Part shown: in pieces, positions 26,760-39,639 of the stretch
Numbering within the stretch: the first letter of the stretch is position 1
Layout: every line of letters begins with the position of its first letter
DNA from: Eledone cirrhosa
Lineage: Eukaryota
Assembly: GCA_964016885.1 (NCBI GenBank)
Contig: OZ024741.1
Coordinates: 314,464,001 to 314,528,000 of the forward strand
DNA: 64,000 nt
Direction: 5' to 3'
Notes under the pieces: generated by a model
Database searches by the model: none
Told to the model about the DNA's origin: nothing
What the model saw: the letters and a program-made list of their open reading frames with translations, nothing else
Program-made: the position numbers and the translations under genes

Positions 26760-27190
26760 CTTAACCAATATACAAGTTACCAAAGCAATTCTAATTGTAA
26801 GCCTAATAGAACATGCCCACTAAATAATAACTGCCTTATTAAAAACATTATCTGCTCCTGTACTGTCACTGCTAATCATATTTCGAAAGTTTATATAGGT
26901 TCAATATCGAGAGGTTTTAGGACACGATATAATTCGCACCTTCATTCGTTTAGAAACCCTGGACTTAGTAAAGTAACTTCATTATCCGCATACACTCATT
27001 AAAATCAAGTAATATACCATATACATTAGAATGGGGAGTGATAGTAAGGCCCCCTCATATAAACCACTTAACAAATTGTGTAACTGTTATTCATTCTAAT
27101 CTTAACCTGCTAAATAGGAAATCAAAGATTTTTTCACGTGTCCACATTATCATAGATATTCTTTCTACTTCTTCAAACCAAATAGCTGAT
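26760..27190 (+). mobile_element. Penelope-like GIY-YIG fragment
   Basis: NCKPNRTCPLNNNCLIKNII..VYIGSISRGFRTRYNSHLHSFRN..TSLSAY. Confidence 0.75.
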
Positions 27191-27605
27191 ATACATCAAT
27201 GTCTGAAATAATACCATACTACTACCTTTAAACTTATTTCATTAGCTTTTTGTAATTATATAACTACACCTTAATTTAAACAAAACACACCAACCTATAT
27301 CCTGTCCAATATTCCTTCTTAGTTATCAAATTATAACCATTACATATATATATATATTAATAAACCCTTTCTTTGATCTCTCACCTAATACAATTCTAAT
27401 TTTTCTTAATAAACAAATAAATAAATAGTTTAGACACCCTAATATACTCTCAATCCTTACTTCTAAAACAATATATAACACTAATTAAATAGTTGACAAC
27501 AGTGTATCTAACACTAATTACTCCATGGTATATTATATAAATCCCTATCTTGTTATTAAAAATTGAAATCTGAATATATATATATATATATTCTCACACA
27601 CACAC

Positions 27606-27656
<51 letters not shown>

Positions 27657-27821
27657 GTATTAAGGATACTATTTATGGTTATGTATACAGTAAAACCTTT
27701 TATAGTTATATATATTTTAAACCCTAAACAGTGAAAGGCAGTAATTTATTACTACCTTATTACCAGTAAGATAAATAGCTCAATGTAATAACATCAGTTG
27801 TTCTACAGAGCAGTTATATAG

Positions 27822-28576
27822 AAATTACATGAATCAAAGTTCTGTTCAAATCATTTATTCGCTTACAATTGTTTCTTCCAAACCGAGGTTTGGAGTCTTC
27901 GGACCAATTTTTCAATGATTGTTTACATACTTGACCTGCTTTTCAACACAAGAGACATACAGAAACATATGTATATATTGATGCACAGTGGTTTGACATC
28001 CATTATAATATTTAAGCATGGCAGTTTACATTTAAAGATTAAAGTCATATTAAAAGAAAATTACAACAAAATTAAAGTTATAATACAACATTGGCAGTCT
28101 ATGAAGGTGATGCAGGAGGATAGTTAGATGTAGTTAGTTACACGTGGGGCATACACGTGTGTCCTATTTATATAAGATTATAGTGCGGTAAGGTGTTATA
28201 TGGAATATAAGCACTTTCAGCGGGCAATCAAGAGTATTATGGGGGTTGTACAGTATTTCATATGTATGATATAGAAGCTTGTGTGCAGAGAAATATTTAA
28301 AGTATTAAGAATGAGAAGCAAAACAGTGTTATGGTTTTTCGTATACACCACATATGACTTTAATCTTTAAATGTCAACTGCTATGCTTAAATATTATAAT
28401 GGATTTCAACCCACTGTGCATCAATATATACATATGTTTCTGTATGTCTCTTGTGTTGAAAAGGAGGTCAAGTATGTAAACAATCATTGAAAAATTGCCC
28501 CGAAGACCCCAAACCTCGGTTTGGAAGTAACAATTGTAAGCGAATAAATGATTTGAACAGAACCTTGATTCATGTA

Positions 28577-28580
<4 letters not shown>
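27822..28580. repeat. ~230-bp inverted repeat (pLTR-like)
   Basis: 27822-28050 is the reverse complement of 28352-28580. Each arm carries a CCGAAGA-stem-G(A/T)AA-CAATTG-TA hammerhead-like core. Confidence 0.85.
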
Positions 28581-28615
<35 letters not shown>

Positions 28616-28742
28616 AAAGTTTTATTTAAAATTGTTGGGTTACAACGAGTAAATATTTTATAACTGATATAAAGCACTCAACAAGTTTTGGAGTAGATAT
28701 ACGATATTAAACAAATGGAAACTATATTTATAAAACCATATT

Positions 28743-28808
28743 TATTTCATTATACATATTTCAGGGATACCATATTAAAAATATGGCATGCCTTCTTCAG
28801 ATAAAATA
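28743..28808 (-). ncRNA. Type I hammerhead ribozyme, apparently intact
   Basis: TATTTTAT-CTGAAGA-AGGCATGCCATATT/TTT/AATATGGTATCCCT-GAAA-TATGTATA-ATGAAATA. Core intact, stems I and II pair, cleavage triplet AUA. Confidence 0.7.
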
Positions 28809-30559
28809 CAATATATAAGCAGTTTTATAAATAAATTTGACGTACCATAAATATTGATCAACTTCCATTTGAGAAGTTGGTTTGGTAGTGAAATGTTTAT
28901 AAATATTTAGTGTTAAGCACATTTAGAAAGAAAGACGGAGAAAAGGAAGAAATGTATGTAAAGAAAAACAAAGAGAGATAGAGAGAGATATGGGAGAGAG
29001 AAATAGTGAGGAGGTGAAAAATGAGAGGCACCTGAGGCAACAGATGAATAATAATAATTCAGCATACAGATTGAGAGATTTAGGAGGGTGGGAGTACTGT
29101 AATTATTTATTTATTTATTTATTTATTTAGTTATAGTGTTAAGGAGACGGAGAGAAATAAAAAATAAATAAAGAGAAAACAGAGAGGTAGAGAGAGATAG
29201 AGGTGGGGGGAAAAAGAGGTAGACCGAATAATAATAATTATACATGGGGAGGTGAGAGAAATAGGAGAGAGGTAAGAGAGAAAACAATTGAGGTAAAGTT
29301 AAAGTAGCCGATACTTAAATTTCATCATGTATAGAGGGAGGAGAAGAAAGAGCTATATCCAGAGAGAAGGATGACAGGTTTACAACTTTACGTTATGTCT
29401 TATCAATTTGAATTATCAATTCATATGAATTGGGTATTATAATGTAAATATCAATATTCATGAATGAGACATAGATATATAATGTGTGAAAAATAATGAC
29501 CATATGTTTAGTTTAAAAATCTTAGGTCGATATACCAAAAACTGAGATAAAACTTCAAAAAGTACGGAAATACATAAGTATATATGTACTTTCCGGAAAA
29601 AGAAAGAGAGAGAAAAATAGAAGGTCATCTCAAGTTCTAGTTGACACTATAGACATACACGTGAACTTACGTGATCAGCTCTGTAATTTCTTATTTCACA
29701 TGAAAAAATTTTCCCTTGCGTTATAAAAGATTTCACTATATATATATATACATACATACATACATATACATAAAAATATATATTAATATTAATATTCCTG
29801 CCCTCACATACATGATTATCGTTCATGTATAGAATATTATGCATATCTGTAACATATACAGAACCATATCCACACATACATATATATATATATATGCGTG
29901 CGCAACATGCATGTACATGGACAGATAGAATAAACAGATACAATAGAATATAGTCTGTAATCATTCCATATTCATATTAATACATATGGCCTCTGCACAG
30001 AGACAACAGATATTAATATATCAAAACGCTAAGAATACTTTCATCACTCCCTAGAGTATCTAGGGCCGTAAAAAACACAGTATGCCCCCCATATCAACCA
30101 CAGAAATCTACCCTTCCAATTTATCTGACAATATATTGCCAAGTTCATTAGAAGCAATCAGAATCAAAAAGCAAACAAAAAACCAAAATTATTCAACAAA
30201 ACTTATTTAGCAGAAATCATTTAAAAGATTTAGGAGACCCTGTTGTTCTACAGATGCTCTTATATTTAGTATAGAAGTTTATCTAGCGTAAAATGTATTC
30301 AATAGATTGGGAGCATCAACATTTTAGGGTAGTTTAATTACATCATTAGTATATATTTATGAAGAAGGTTTAAAAAAGAAAAAGTTGAAGGAATCGAAAG
30401 ATTTATCGTCAGGTTTCATAATTAATTAAATATCTTAAATAAATATACTACATATTAAATTTATATTTATATTTAAACGTTGAGTTCAATCTATGTCTGC
30501 AGCAACTGAATAAATTGCTCCTTAAATTAAGGGAATGTTTAGATTTTAATATAAAGAAT

Positions 30560-31830
30560 ATCTCCTCCACGCAGAGGTCACATGAAAATGAATGTTGAGG
30601 CATCTTGTATAATGCATGAGTTGGAAATTGAGAACAAAACACAACCCTTCTTGCCTAGGAAACCCAAGATCAATATGAAAGATCACAAAAGAAATTTTGA
30701 AAATGATTTGCCAGTCAGATTGATTGCACCATCAAAATCTGACCTGGGTAAACTTAGCAAAAACATTCTAGACAGGGTGATACAGCAAATTAAAAACTTA
30801 CATGGTTTACCTAACTTAAACTTGTGGAAGGGAACTGGTGAGGTTATTGAGTGGTTTAAAGAAATTAAATATAACAATAATAATAAATGTATTCAACTAG
30901 ATATTGCTAACTACTATTCATCTAATCTACTAAATAAGGCACTAAATTACGCATTCAAACATACAGACCTAACTAGCAATGAAATGCACATTATATTATC
31001 GGCAAGGAAAACATTGATAGAATTTAATAACCAACTATGGATTAGGGCAGATAGAGATAATAATTTCGAATTACTATGGGATCATCTGACTCAGCTCAGG
31101 TAACGGACCTTGTGGGCCTATTTATAATTAATTCGCTGCATAGAAAAATACCTGGTGTAACCGGAGGATTATATCGTGATGACATGCTTTTACTTATTGA
31201 AAATAATAACTCTGAACTAAATAGAAAAAGAAAACAAATTATACAATTTTTTAATTACCTTAATCTAAAAATAGAAATAGAGAATAACCATAGAATAGTC
31301 AATTTCCTAGATGTAACACTAAATCTCAACACATGTCTTCACTATCCATTTCACAAACTAAATGAAAACTTGAATTATGTCAGTTTTAACTCTAATCACC
31401 CCAGATCTGTGAAAAACAGTATAGTGAACTCGGTTCAAGAACGTATCTCAAGAATTTCATCTAATAAAAATATTTTCGACGAAAAAGCGCAGTATTACAA
31501 TGAAGTGTTAGCAAGAGCAGGATATAGTGATAAAATTATGTACATCGATAATAATAGGCAAACTAACCAAAATAACAACAATTTTAATTACGGTAACAAC
31601 TTTAGCAACTATAATAGAAAGCATTACAATAATTCCAAAAGCCAGAAAAGAAATAGAACTAGAAATATAATATGGTTTGCCCCCCCCCCCCCCCTTTCTC
31701 ACTAAATATTAAAACCCACATTGCTAAACTATTTTTTAATGCTCTTGACAAACGCTTCCCTAGAACACATAAATATCACTCAATTTTTAATAGACATACT
31801 AATATTTTATAATTTATAAATATTAATTCA
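30560..31830 (+). mobile_element. Penelope-like RT (GLYRDD type, possibly Hydra clade)
   Basis: KDHKRNFEN..VRLIAPSKSDLGK, IQLDI, MGSSDSAQVTDLVG, GGLYRDD, VNFLDVTLNL, SNHP and IIWFAPP. One frameshift near 31080. Confidence 0.9.
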
Positions 31831-33430
31831 TGCTGCATGCGCCCTTAAGTTTTACTATTTCCATAGTCTCGGACAGGAATAACTTGCAGTTCCTGTCTCC
31901 AGCTGAGTACGCATTCGCATTCTGTACAATACTCCAGCTGAGGTCAAAATTCTAGAAATGTACAACCACAAGAGCTTGTTCAAGGATAGAAACAAGAGAC
32001 ACTCCATCAGATTGGCGGATTTAGTATGGAGACTCAAAGACAGTGGCATATAATTTGATCTCAGCTGGAGTATTGTACAGCATGCGAATATGTACTCGGC
32101 CGGAGACAGGAAGTGCAAGTTATGCCTGTCCGAGGCTATGGAGATAGTAAAACTTAAGAGCGACGCAGTCAACCTCAAGTCTGAAATCATCATGGCATGC
32201 AGACACCAGCATAAATGCACGCTCTCCGCCCTAGTTATACCGGATGTATCTACCTAGCACACCACTGGCCCCACAACACCAGGTGGGACGCAAGCAGCGG
32301 ACCACGATAGAACACTGCATAACTATGAATGCATGACAGAACAAGCTGATAGCAAAGACAGATCCAACGATGCCTACCTCGTAGAACACCTTAATACAAC
32401 CACCACACCAATTTGCGGACGCCGACTCATTATAAATAGGATTAGGTCCTCAACCCTATATATGGTTTTAAATTTTCAAATTTTTAAATTGTTGATTTCC
32501 GATATTCGATTCGTGGTGTTTAATTTGCTACTTGGATGATTGACAGGATGCTGGTCTTAAGGTTAATGTCGCAGTTAATTGTAATATTTATGTTAATTTT
32601 AATTTCAAAATTTTATTTTGTCTTTGCATGCCGCTGATATACACACACACACACAACGCATACCGCTGGCACATTACAACCATGCATACACTCCACGTGC
32701 ATTCCATATATACTGTTATGAAACACATACCCTTTATATTCCATGTATACATCAACCCCATGCATATCTCATATATACGTTTATGAAATGGATGTTACAC
32801 ATACCCACAATATGTATAACTTGTTTGAATACGCACGCACGTTCGACATCTATTCACAAGCCACGAGACCTGCATCATGCGCAGGCTCCCACCCAGTGCC
32901 TTAGAACACCAGCCCCCATGTATATTATAGAAACATTTGCCCATGTATTGTATGCAACTATACGCACACCCCGATTGTGCCCGGACCCCATCTGCATCAT
33001 TGTCATGTATAAATTCACTTTTTCCAACATTTTATTTTATTTTATTTTATTTTATTTTATTTTATTTTATTTTATTTTATTTTATTTCATTTTATTTTAT
33101 TTTATTTTATTTTATTGTTTATTATTGTATATTATTTCATTATTATATCATTTTATATTATGCATGCCCAGGCGTTTTTATATATGTGCCACCCAGTATA
33201 TATGTGATTGGTGCAAGGATATTGTGCTGCCTTAACATTTATGCATATTGTGCAGGAACCTTCGGACTCATACCGCCACGTGTTCGGGTTGGGTCAAAGC
33301 CTCATAAGAGTTGTCTCATATAATACTGTGTGCACCATCTGCACAGCTGCGCTTGTGAAGACTGATGAGGGGTATTCATCAAGTATATGCCTCCGGTGAG
33401 GGCGCACGCGGGTATTATAATAAATAAATG
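31830..33430 (+). mobile_element. Penelope-like GIY-YIG 3' fragment with inverted 5' duplication and 3' UTR
   Basis: LADLVWRLKD..WSIVQHA..RKCKLCLSEAMEI..NLKSEIIMACRH. 31830-31950 is an inverted copy of about 32055-32170. Confidence 0.75.
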
Positions 33431-33529
33431 TTGGGAAAATCCATACGTACATATATATATGTGTGCATGTATGTATATATATGCATACTACTGTACGTCT
33501 GTATACGTATGTGTATGTACGTATACATA

Positions 33530-33566
<37 letters not shown>

Positions 33567-33567
33567 C

Positions 33568-34515
33568 CATGCCGAGGCTCCTCTATACCCACCGGGGAGC
33601 TCTGTGCTACACCCAGGCATCTCTCCTCGCTGACCTCGAAACATGTATCCGAGCGGTAGCCGAGGAGATATGCACCGTCATGTCTGATGACATTGGATGG
33701 CAACAGGCGACTTTACTTATTAGATATGGCGCTCTTAGCCTCCGGTATTCGATCTACCTCGGTTTTCCGGCGTTTCTTTAATCTGTAACCTCATGCCGCG
33801 TCCTCGTCAGCAGGGTTCTCCAAAACACAAGGGATCACTCTGTGACCAGGGAACGGGAGGCCGCCTTTGAGACATGGGATCGGCTGGGACTTAGCCCAGA
33901 AGACGTCCCTCCTTCTTCTTCCCCTGCTGACATCAAGTCCCCCCAAAGCATTAGGGATGTCATCCAGTACAGACTGCTATCAGACAGGCTCACGCACCAG
34001 CTCGGCCAGCACCACCTTGCCTGTTTTCGTGCGGCCTCCAAAATCCACAGTGGTACCTGGTCCATGCCTTGCCCCCCTTCTCCACTGGCACGAAGCTGTA
34101 TAACAATAGCCTGCGCATCGATGATTCCTTAAGGCTTGGCCTCCCGATCTACGAGCCACACCAACGTCGCTGTGGATCCACCGTGGACACTTTCCGCCTC
34201 CACCGGCTTTCCTGTCGCCACAGTGCCGACCGCCTTCCACGACATGCCGCCTTCATCGAAGTCATAAAGCACGGCTTGGACACTGCAGGCTTCCCTCCCA
34301 GCTCGAGCCAGTGGAGTTGGACCGAGGGGATTAGCAAAAGGCGAGACAGCATGACTATCTTCCCGTTCCGAAGTGGAAAACCCCTCGTCTGGGATGCCAC
34401 TTGTAGCGAACATTTCTCCAGTCGCAACCTGGTGCAGTCTGCGATTAACCCAGGTTCTGTTGTAAGTCGGTCTGAGGAAGCCAAACTCTCTAAATACCGG
34501 TCGCTCTCTGACTTG
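33568..34515 (+). mobile_element. CRE-clade 3' fragment (RLE)
   Basis: QATLLIRYGAL, HRLSCRHSA..RHAAF and MTIFPFRSGKPLVWDATC. Starts right after (TA)n. Confidence 0.8.
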
Positions 34516-34519
34516 TCTG

Positions 34520-37300
34520 CGGAAGTAATATACGCATATTACTATATATTAGATAAACTATCGCAAGGCAGATACACCGCAAAATCTCGCAAAATTTGGA
34601 AAACACGAAGTCAAGCTAGCAGACGTTATCTAGATGAAAATAAGTTAGCAAATGTTAGGACGGATATTTTCAGAAATATTATATTCACAGATAGTGAAAT
34701 AACTGCGTCCAAGCAGGCTGTGGAGAATGACATATATATAATTTATGAAAAAACAGAAGAATCTCCTGGAGATAGTAACCAGTCACAAGTCTTTATCGAA
34801 AGACAACCATCTGACCTAATCTCAAATAGGTTTGTAGAAATGAGAAGTCCTATTGAACTTGCTGAATTTACCCAGGAATGGGGCAAAGAAACAGTACTTG
34901 AAGACCAAACCTTTTACTGAAGAACACAGAGAGTCTATGTAGGAATTGAAATAGAAAATACTGAATGAGCTTGCAGTGGTAAGACTAGTATAAATGATAG
35001 AGAATCACTTCAAAACTCCCAAATACAACCCAAAACAAATATTGATTTGTAACTCTGTAACAAAATAAATCATAGAAGAATTAGAACCTAATCTTACTGG
35101 GTTAAATGAAATCATTTATGCATCTGCTACAGTAATTGAAACAAGTTGTTTACCACCCAAAAAACGAAGAAAGTCTAACTTGATAAGTAAACCAATTTGG
35201 AGAAGTAGAATTGAGAAAGAGATTAACCTAATGAGAGGGGGAATATCTTTACTGAATGAGCTAATCACTAGAATTGATGTAAGATCCAGGAAAGGAGGAA
35301 AACTAAAGAGAAAATATGAACTATTTTCTAGAGCTATATACAATCAACAAAGGAAACTCTGAAGCAAAAAGACCAAGTAAAAACCCAACGAATTCGTAGA
35401 TTCAAGAAGCGAAAGAACTTATTCAGGCAAAATTAATCCTACATAAAATCCTACACAAATTTACAAGAACAAGCAGGGGAAGACATCTCTATAGCAGACT
35501 GAAGGATGACACTCAATATAGCTCATAAGTAGAAATCTCCTGGTAGAGACAGGGTGCCAAATTTCTGGCTTTCCTCGCTCCCGTGTATTCACAATATATT
35601 AGTCAATCTGTTCAACGGAATTATGAAAGACAAAAAAAGCAATACTTGACTAGATAGCAAGTGACATTACTTACATTCTCCCAAGTAACAATGAAAATAA
35701 GGATAAAAAAAACTATCGGCCCATAACCTGCTTGCCCACCACTTATAAGGTATTACCTTCTACACTCATGGAGAACGCATACGTATTTATGGAGAACAAT
35801 TTTTTCGCATTGAACAAAAATGGTGCTGACGAGCTTCATATGGTTGTAAAGATCGACTCTTGATTAGACGTATGATCCTTGAGAACTGTCCTAAGAAACG
35901 CAGAAATCTCAGTTTCGCATGGGTCATTTACAAAAAAGTTTTTGACAGCATACGGCACTCATGTATTCTGAAATCATTGGAAATATTTAAAATCTTACCT
36001 GTGATTTAAAATTTCCTGAAACATAATATGTCATTGTGGAACACAAACCTCCAATTATATCATTCCAATGGAGTACTAAAGTTCTAAGAATATAATCACC
36101 AAATATGGCATTTTCCAATGTGACTCACTTTCACCCCAACTCTTTTGCAATGCTTCAATACCCTTTACATCCGAATATAATAGAACAGAGTATGGTTACA
36201 AAATTGCCAACAAGAAAATAAGCCACCTATTCTATATGCATGATTTAAAGCCATATTGCAAAGACAACGATTAGTTGGAAGGTCTATTGCGGACAGTAAA
36301 AACATTTTGTGATGTCACAGAATGGAGTTTGAACTTCATAAGTGTGCCAAAGTCAATTTCATGAAGTGGAAGCTTGTCAACTCAAACTCAGTTGAATTAA
36401 ATTGTGAAACAGTCATAAAGGAACTTGAGCAGGAACAAACCTATAAATTCTTAGGGATTAATGAGGGTTCTAGCATTCAGCATGCAAGGATGAAAGAGAA
36501 GATAAGGAAGAAATGTTACAGGAGAGAACGCGCAGGTTTGAGATCAGAACTAAATTCATATAACAAGGGGTTAGCGATAAATTCCTTGTCAGTTCCAGCT
36601 GTCACTTATAGCTTCGGTGTTTTGAACTGGAATATGAGTAAAATTAAAAGAATTGACACAAAAATCCGTAAGTTACTGATTTGTAATAGGATGCACCACA
36701 TGAAAACAAATGTGGTTCGTCTTTACCTTCCTCGAACTCAAGGAGACTGTGAGCTGATCCAATTTGAACTTACCTACAAGACCACCACTATTTGACTGAC
36801 CAATTAGTTGTAACAACAAAAGACTGTATACTGAAACCTGTTGAAAAACATGAGGGAAGTAAGAAGCTCCATTATATCTTGAAGGAGAAAAAAAAATACG
36901 CTACTGATCTCATGCGTGATTCCCTGCTTGGACAGACTAAGCAAACTGTTTTAACTGATGCTGCTAAGCATATAAAATTACTGGCAAAATCAAAAGGGCC
37001 AGAACAATTTGCAACAAAGTGGGAGCAGAAACCTCTGCATGGCAAATATGTGGCCCGTAGCAAACAAGCTGATGTTGACCAAAAGCATTACCCATCAGTG
37101 GCTACGTAATTCAGAGCTAAGAGCAGAGAGCGAAGGTTTCCTCTTACCTGCCCAAGATCAAACCTTACTGACAAGGAATTACAGGCCAATCTGATGAGAA
37201 ATAGAATAAATCCAAAGTGCCGACTTTGCAATGTTGAGTTTGAATCAGTAGACTACCTAGTTTCTGGATGTAAATGTTAGCCTCAAGGCCGTTACAATAC
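34520..37300 (+). mobile_element. Degenerate R4/Dong-like element
   Basis: PIWRSRIEKEI, NYRPITCLPTTYK, SHLFYMHDLK, KCAK, YKFLGI, WEQKPLHGKY, AQDQTL and CRLC..LVSGC. Confidence 0.8.
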
Positions 37301-37849
37301 CAGTGACTGTGCGAGCATTGGGCATGATCAAGAAAGTACTGCTCACAGATTGAGAAGAGCACTATCTCTGTAAGAATGATATCCATCCATTTGGATAAAA
37401 CAGAACTCAAAGCAAGTTTCGAATCATCATCATAATAATAATAATTGTGTCCCTGTTTAGATGGAGTTCGAAGCTACTGGGTCAAAAGATTTAGTCAAAG
37501 CCATGAACGAATAACTGAACAATTTATCATATAGCTAAATGCTGATCAAGTGATACCCGAGCGGCTGACAAAGGAAGGGACACTTTTCTGCATCAATATT
37601 TCACTAGAGGAAAAGCGGTGGACAATTGCAGACCGACAACATGCCTACCTGTATGTGAAAATTATTGACTCGAATAATTGCAGAATCAATGTACGACGTG
37701 CATCTTGAAAGGTTGTGAAGGAAATACAAGAGGGAGGTTATTAGTACGTATGGATATTGGAAGTTGATAAAATAATGCAGGAGGAAATTAAAGAATAATT
37801 TAGGGTGTAATAGGTGCACAGACTGAGACTTATTCTAAAGTCAAAAGAA

Positions 37850-38945
37850 ACTGAATGGAAGGAATAAGATGGAATCTATCAATTCATGAGCGATATCACT
37901 CCTTAGTAATGGGGAAGGGCCGATCACGTGGACTATATAAGAGCTAAACAGCTTAGAACGGTAGACATGAAGGATGTTGACTAGGTATGGGGTACTTCAC
38001 CCAAAGAGTGACAGACAGATTATATGTACCAAGAAAAAGAAGAGGATGGGGACTGACGGGGTGCCAAGACAGCATTAAATCAGAAGAAATTATCATGGGG
38101 TGGTACATAAAAAATTCCACAGAACAGCTGTGCAAAATAGAAGTTTGCAAAGAAAAAAACACAGTAGAAGCATTTGAGGATTGATGACACTGAAAGTAAA
38201 TGGACAGAAAAACAAATATGTGGAAAATTCCATAGACATGTTTAAGAGAGGACAGACAGAGGAAATAAGGTAGTTATGGATGTCTAAAAGTGATCTAAAA
38301 CCCGGAAACAGCATTCTTAATCTGTGCTGTTCAAGAACAAGCACTAAGAACTAATTACATCAAGCATAGAGTAGACCACACAACAGAAAGTGTTAAGTGT
38401 AGAAGTTGTGGCATGAATAGAGAAACTGTATGAAATATCACCTGTCAATGTGCACCTCCAGCTCAGAAAGAATATAAAAGACGTCAAGACAACATAGCAT
38501 GGAAAGTAGATGAACTCGTTGGGGTAAATATGCACTTTAAAGAGCAAAACATCGGTAGGAACATAACCCTGAGGGCGTTATTGAAATCAATAATGCAAAA
38601 TTTCTGTTTGAGATTGATCACAGGAGACCAGATATTGTATTAATTGAGACAGAAACAAACAGTGTTGGATCATATATATAGTTATCATGCTGATTAAAAG
38701 GTATGCGGTAAAGAAGGAAAATAATTGCTTGATATGATAGGTTTGCATGGGAGGATAGGCAGTTTGGATCATTTAAAATGGTGGTAGTAATACCAATAAT
38801 TGTTGGAAGCTTGGGAACATGGAATAAAGATATTGAGAGCTACATTAAAGAAATAGAGAATGCAATACACATGGAACGCTTACAATACACAGCATTGCTT
38901 GGAACAGCTCGAATAGCCTGGAGGGTACTCGAACAATAAGGGTTG
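37850..38945 (+). mobile_element. 3' fragment of another R4/Dong-like element
   Basis: DRLYVPRKRRGWGL, ICAVQEQALRTNYIK, CRSC, RPDIVLI and PIIVGSLG. Confidence 0.7.
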
Positions 38946-39639
38946 TTATAGTAGTTCACTAGTAGTTAACAGCTAACATGCTAATACATCTCCAGTGTTA
39001 GAAGTTGAGTGAAGAAACAACAACAAAATATTGTAATTATGTTTAGTGTAGCAGCACCATCTAATATTTGTGCACCTTTACCAGACTTAAGTCGTTTGGA
39101 TCTATTCGGGATATGTCAGGAAAATACATTTCTACTCTTTCTTCCCTCGGTTTCATCTGCCACGACAGAACTGAAAATGCCAGGATTATTTCTCTTCCCA
39201 TTCTGTATCAATAAATAAATAAATTTATAATACTAAATCTAGAAGCTGATCAGCAGCCAGCTTGACAGACTAAATAGATAGCACCAACAGTTATTACTAC
39301 CATTAACAAGAGAAAGGCAACGACAGCAACAGTGACAATAACGACAACCCAAATCTTCGGTGAAAGAAGTTATATGACCCCAGCAGCCAGCCTGGCAGCC
39401 GAAATATGACCAGTATCAACTACCACTACCATTAACAACAGGAAACATACGACAGCAGAAGTGACAATAACAACCTTTGGGTATTTCCGCTAGGAACATC
39501 CCCTTCCTTTCTGTTCGTACATTCATCCATTCATTTATTTATTTGCTAACTTTCTACTTTCTTGTGTGTACCCCTCCATGCACCCCTTCCCTTCTATCTT
39601 CTCTTCTGTTGCCTCCATAACTGATATAGGTGAGCTATG

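Noticed and set aside
33355-33400. CTGATGA plus stem, a possible hammerhead
   Set aside because: Stem II can form but the GAAA core is missing.
34069-34920. 283-aa ORF that looks like a novel fusion protein
   Set aside because: It is a chance in-frame junction between a CRE endonuclease fragment and the N-terminus of a decayed R4-like element.
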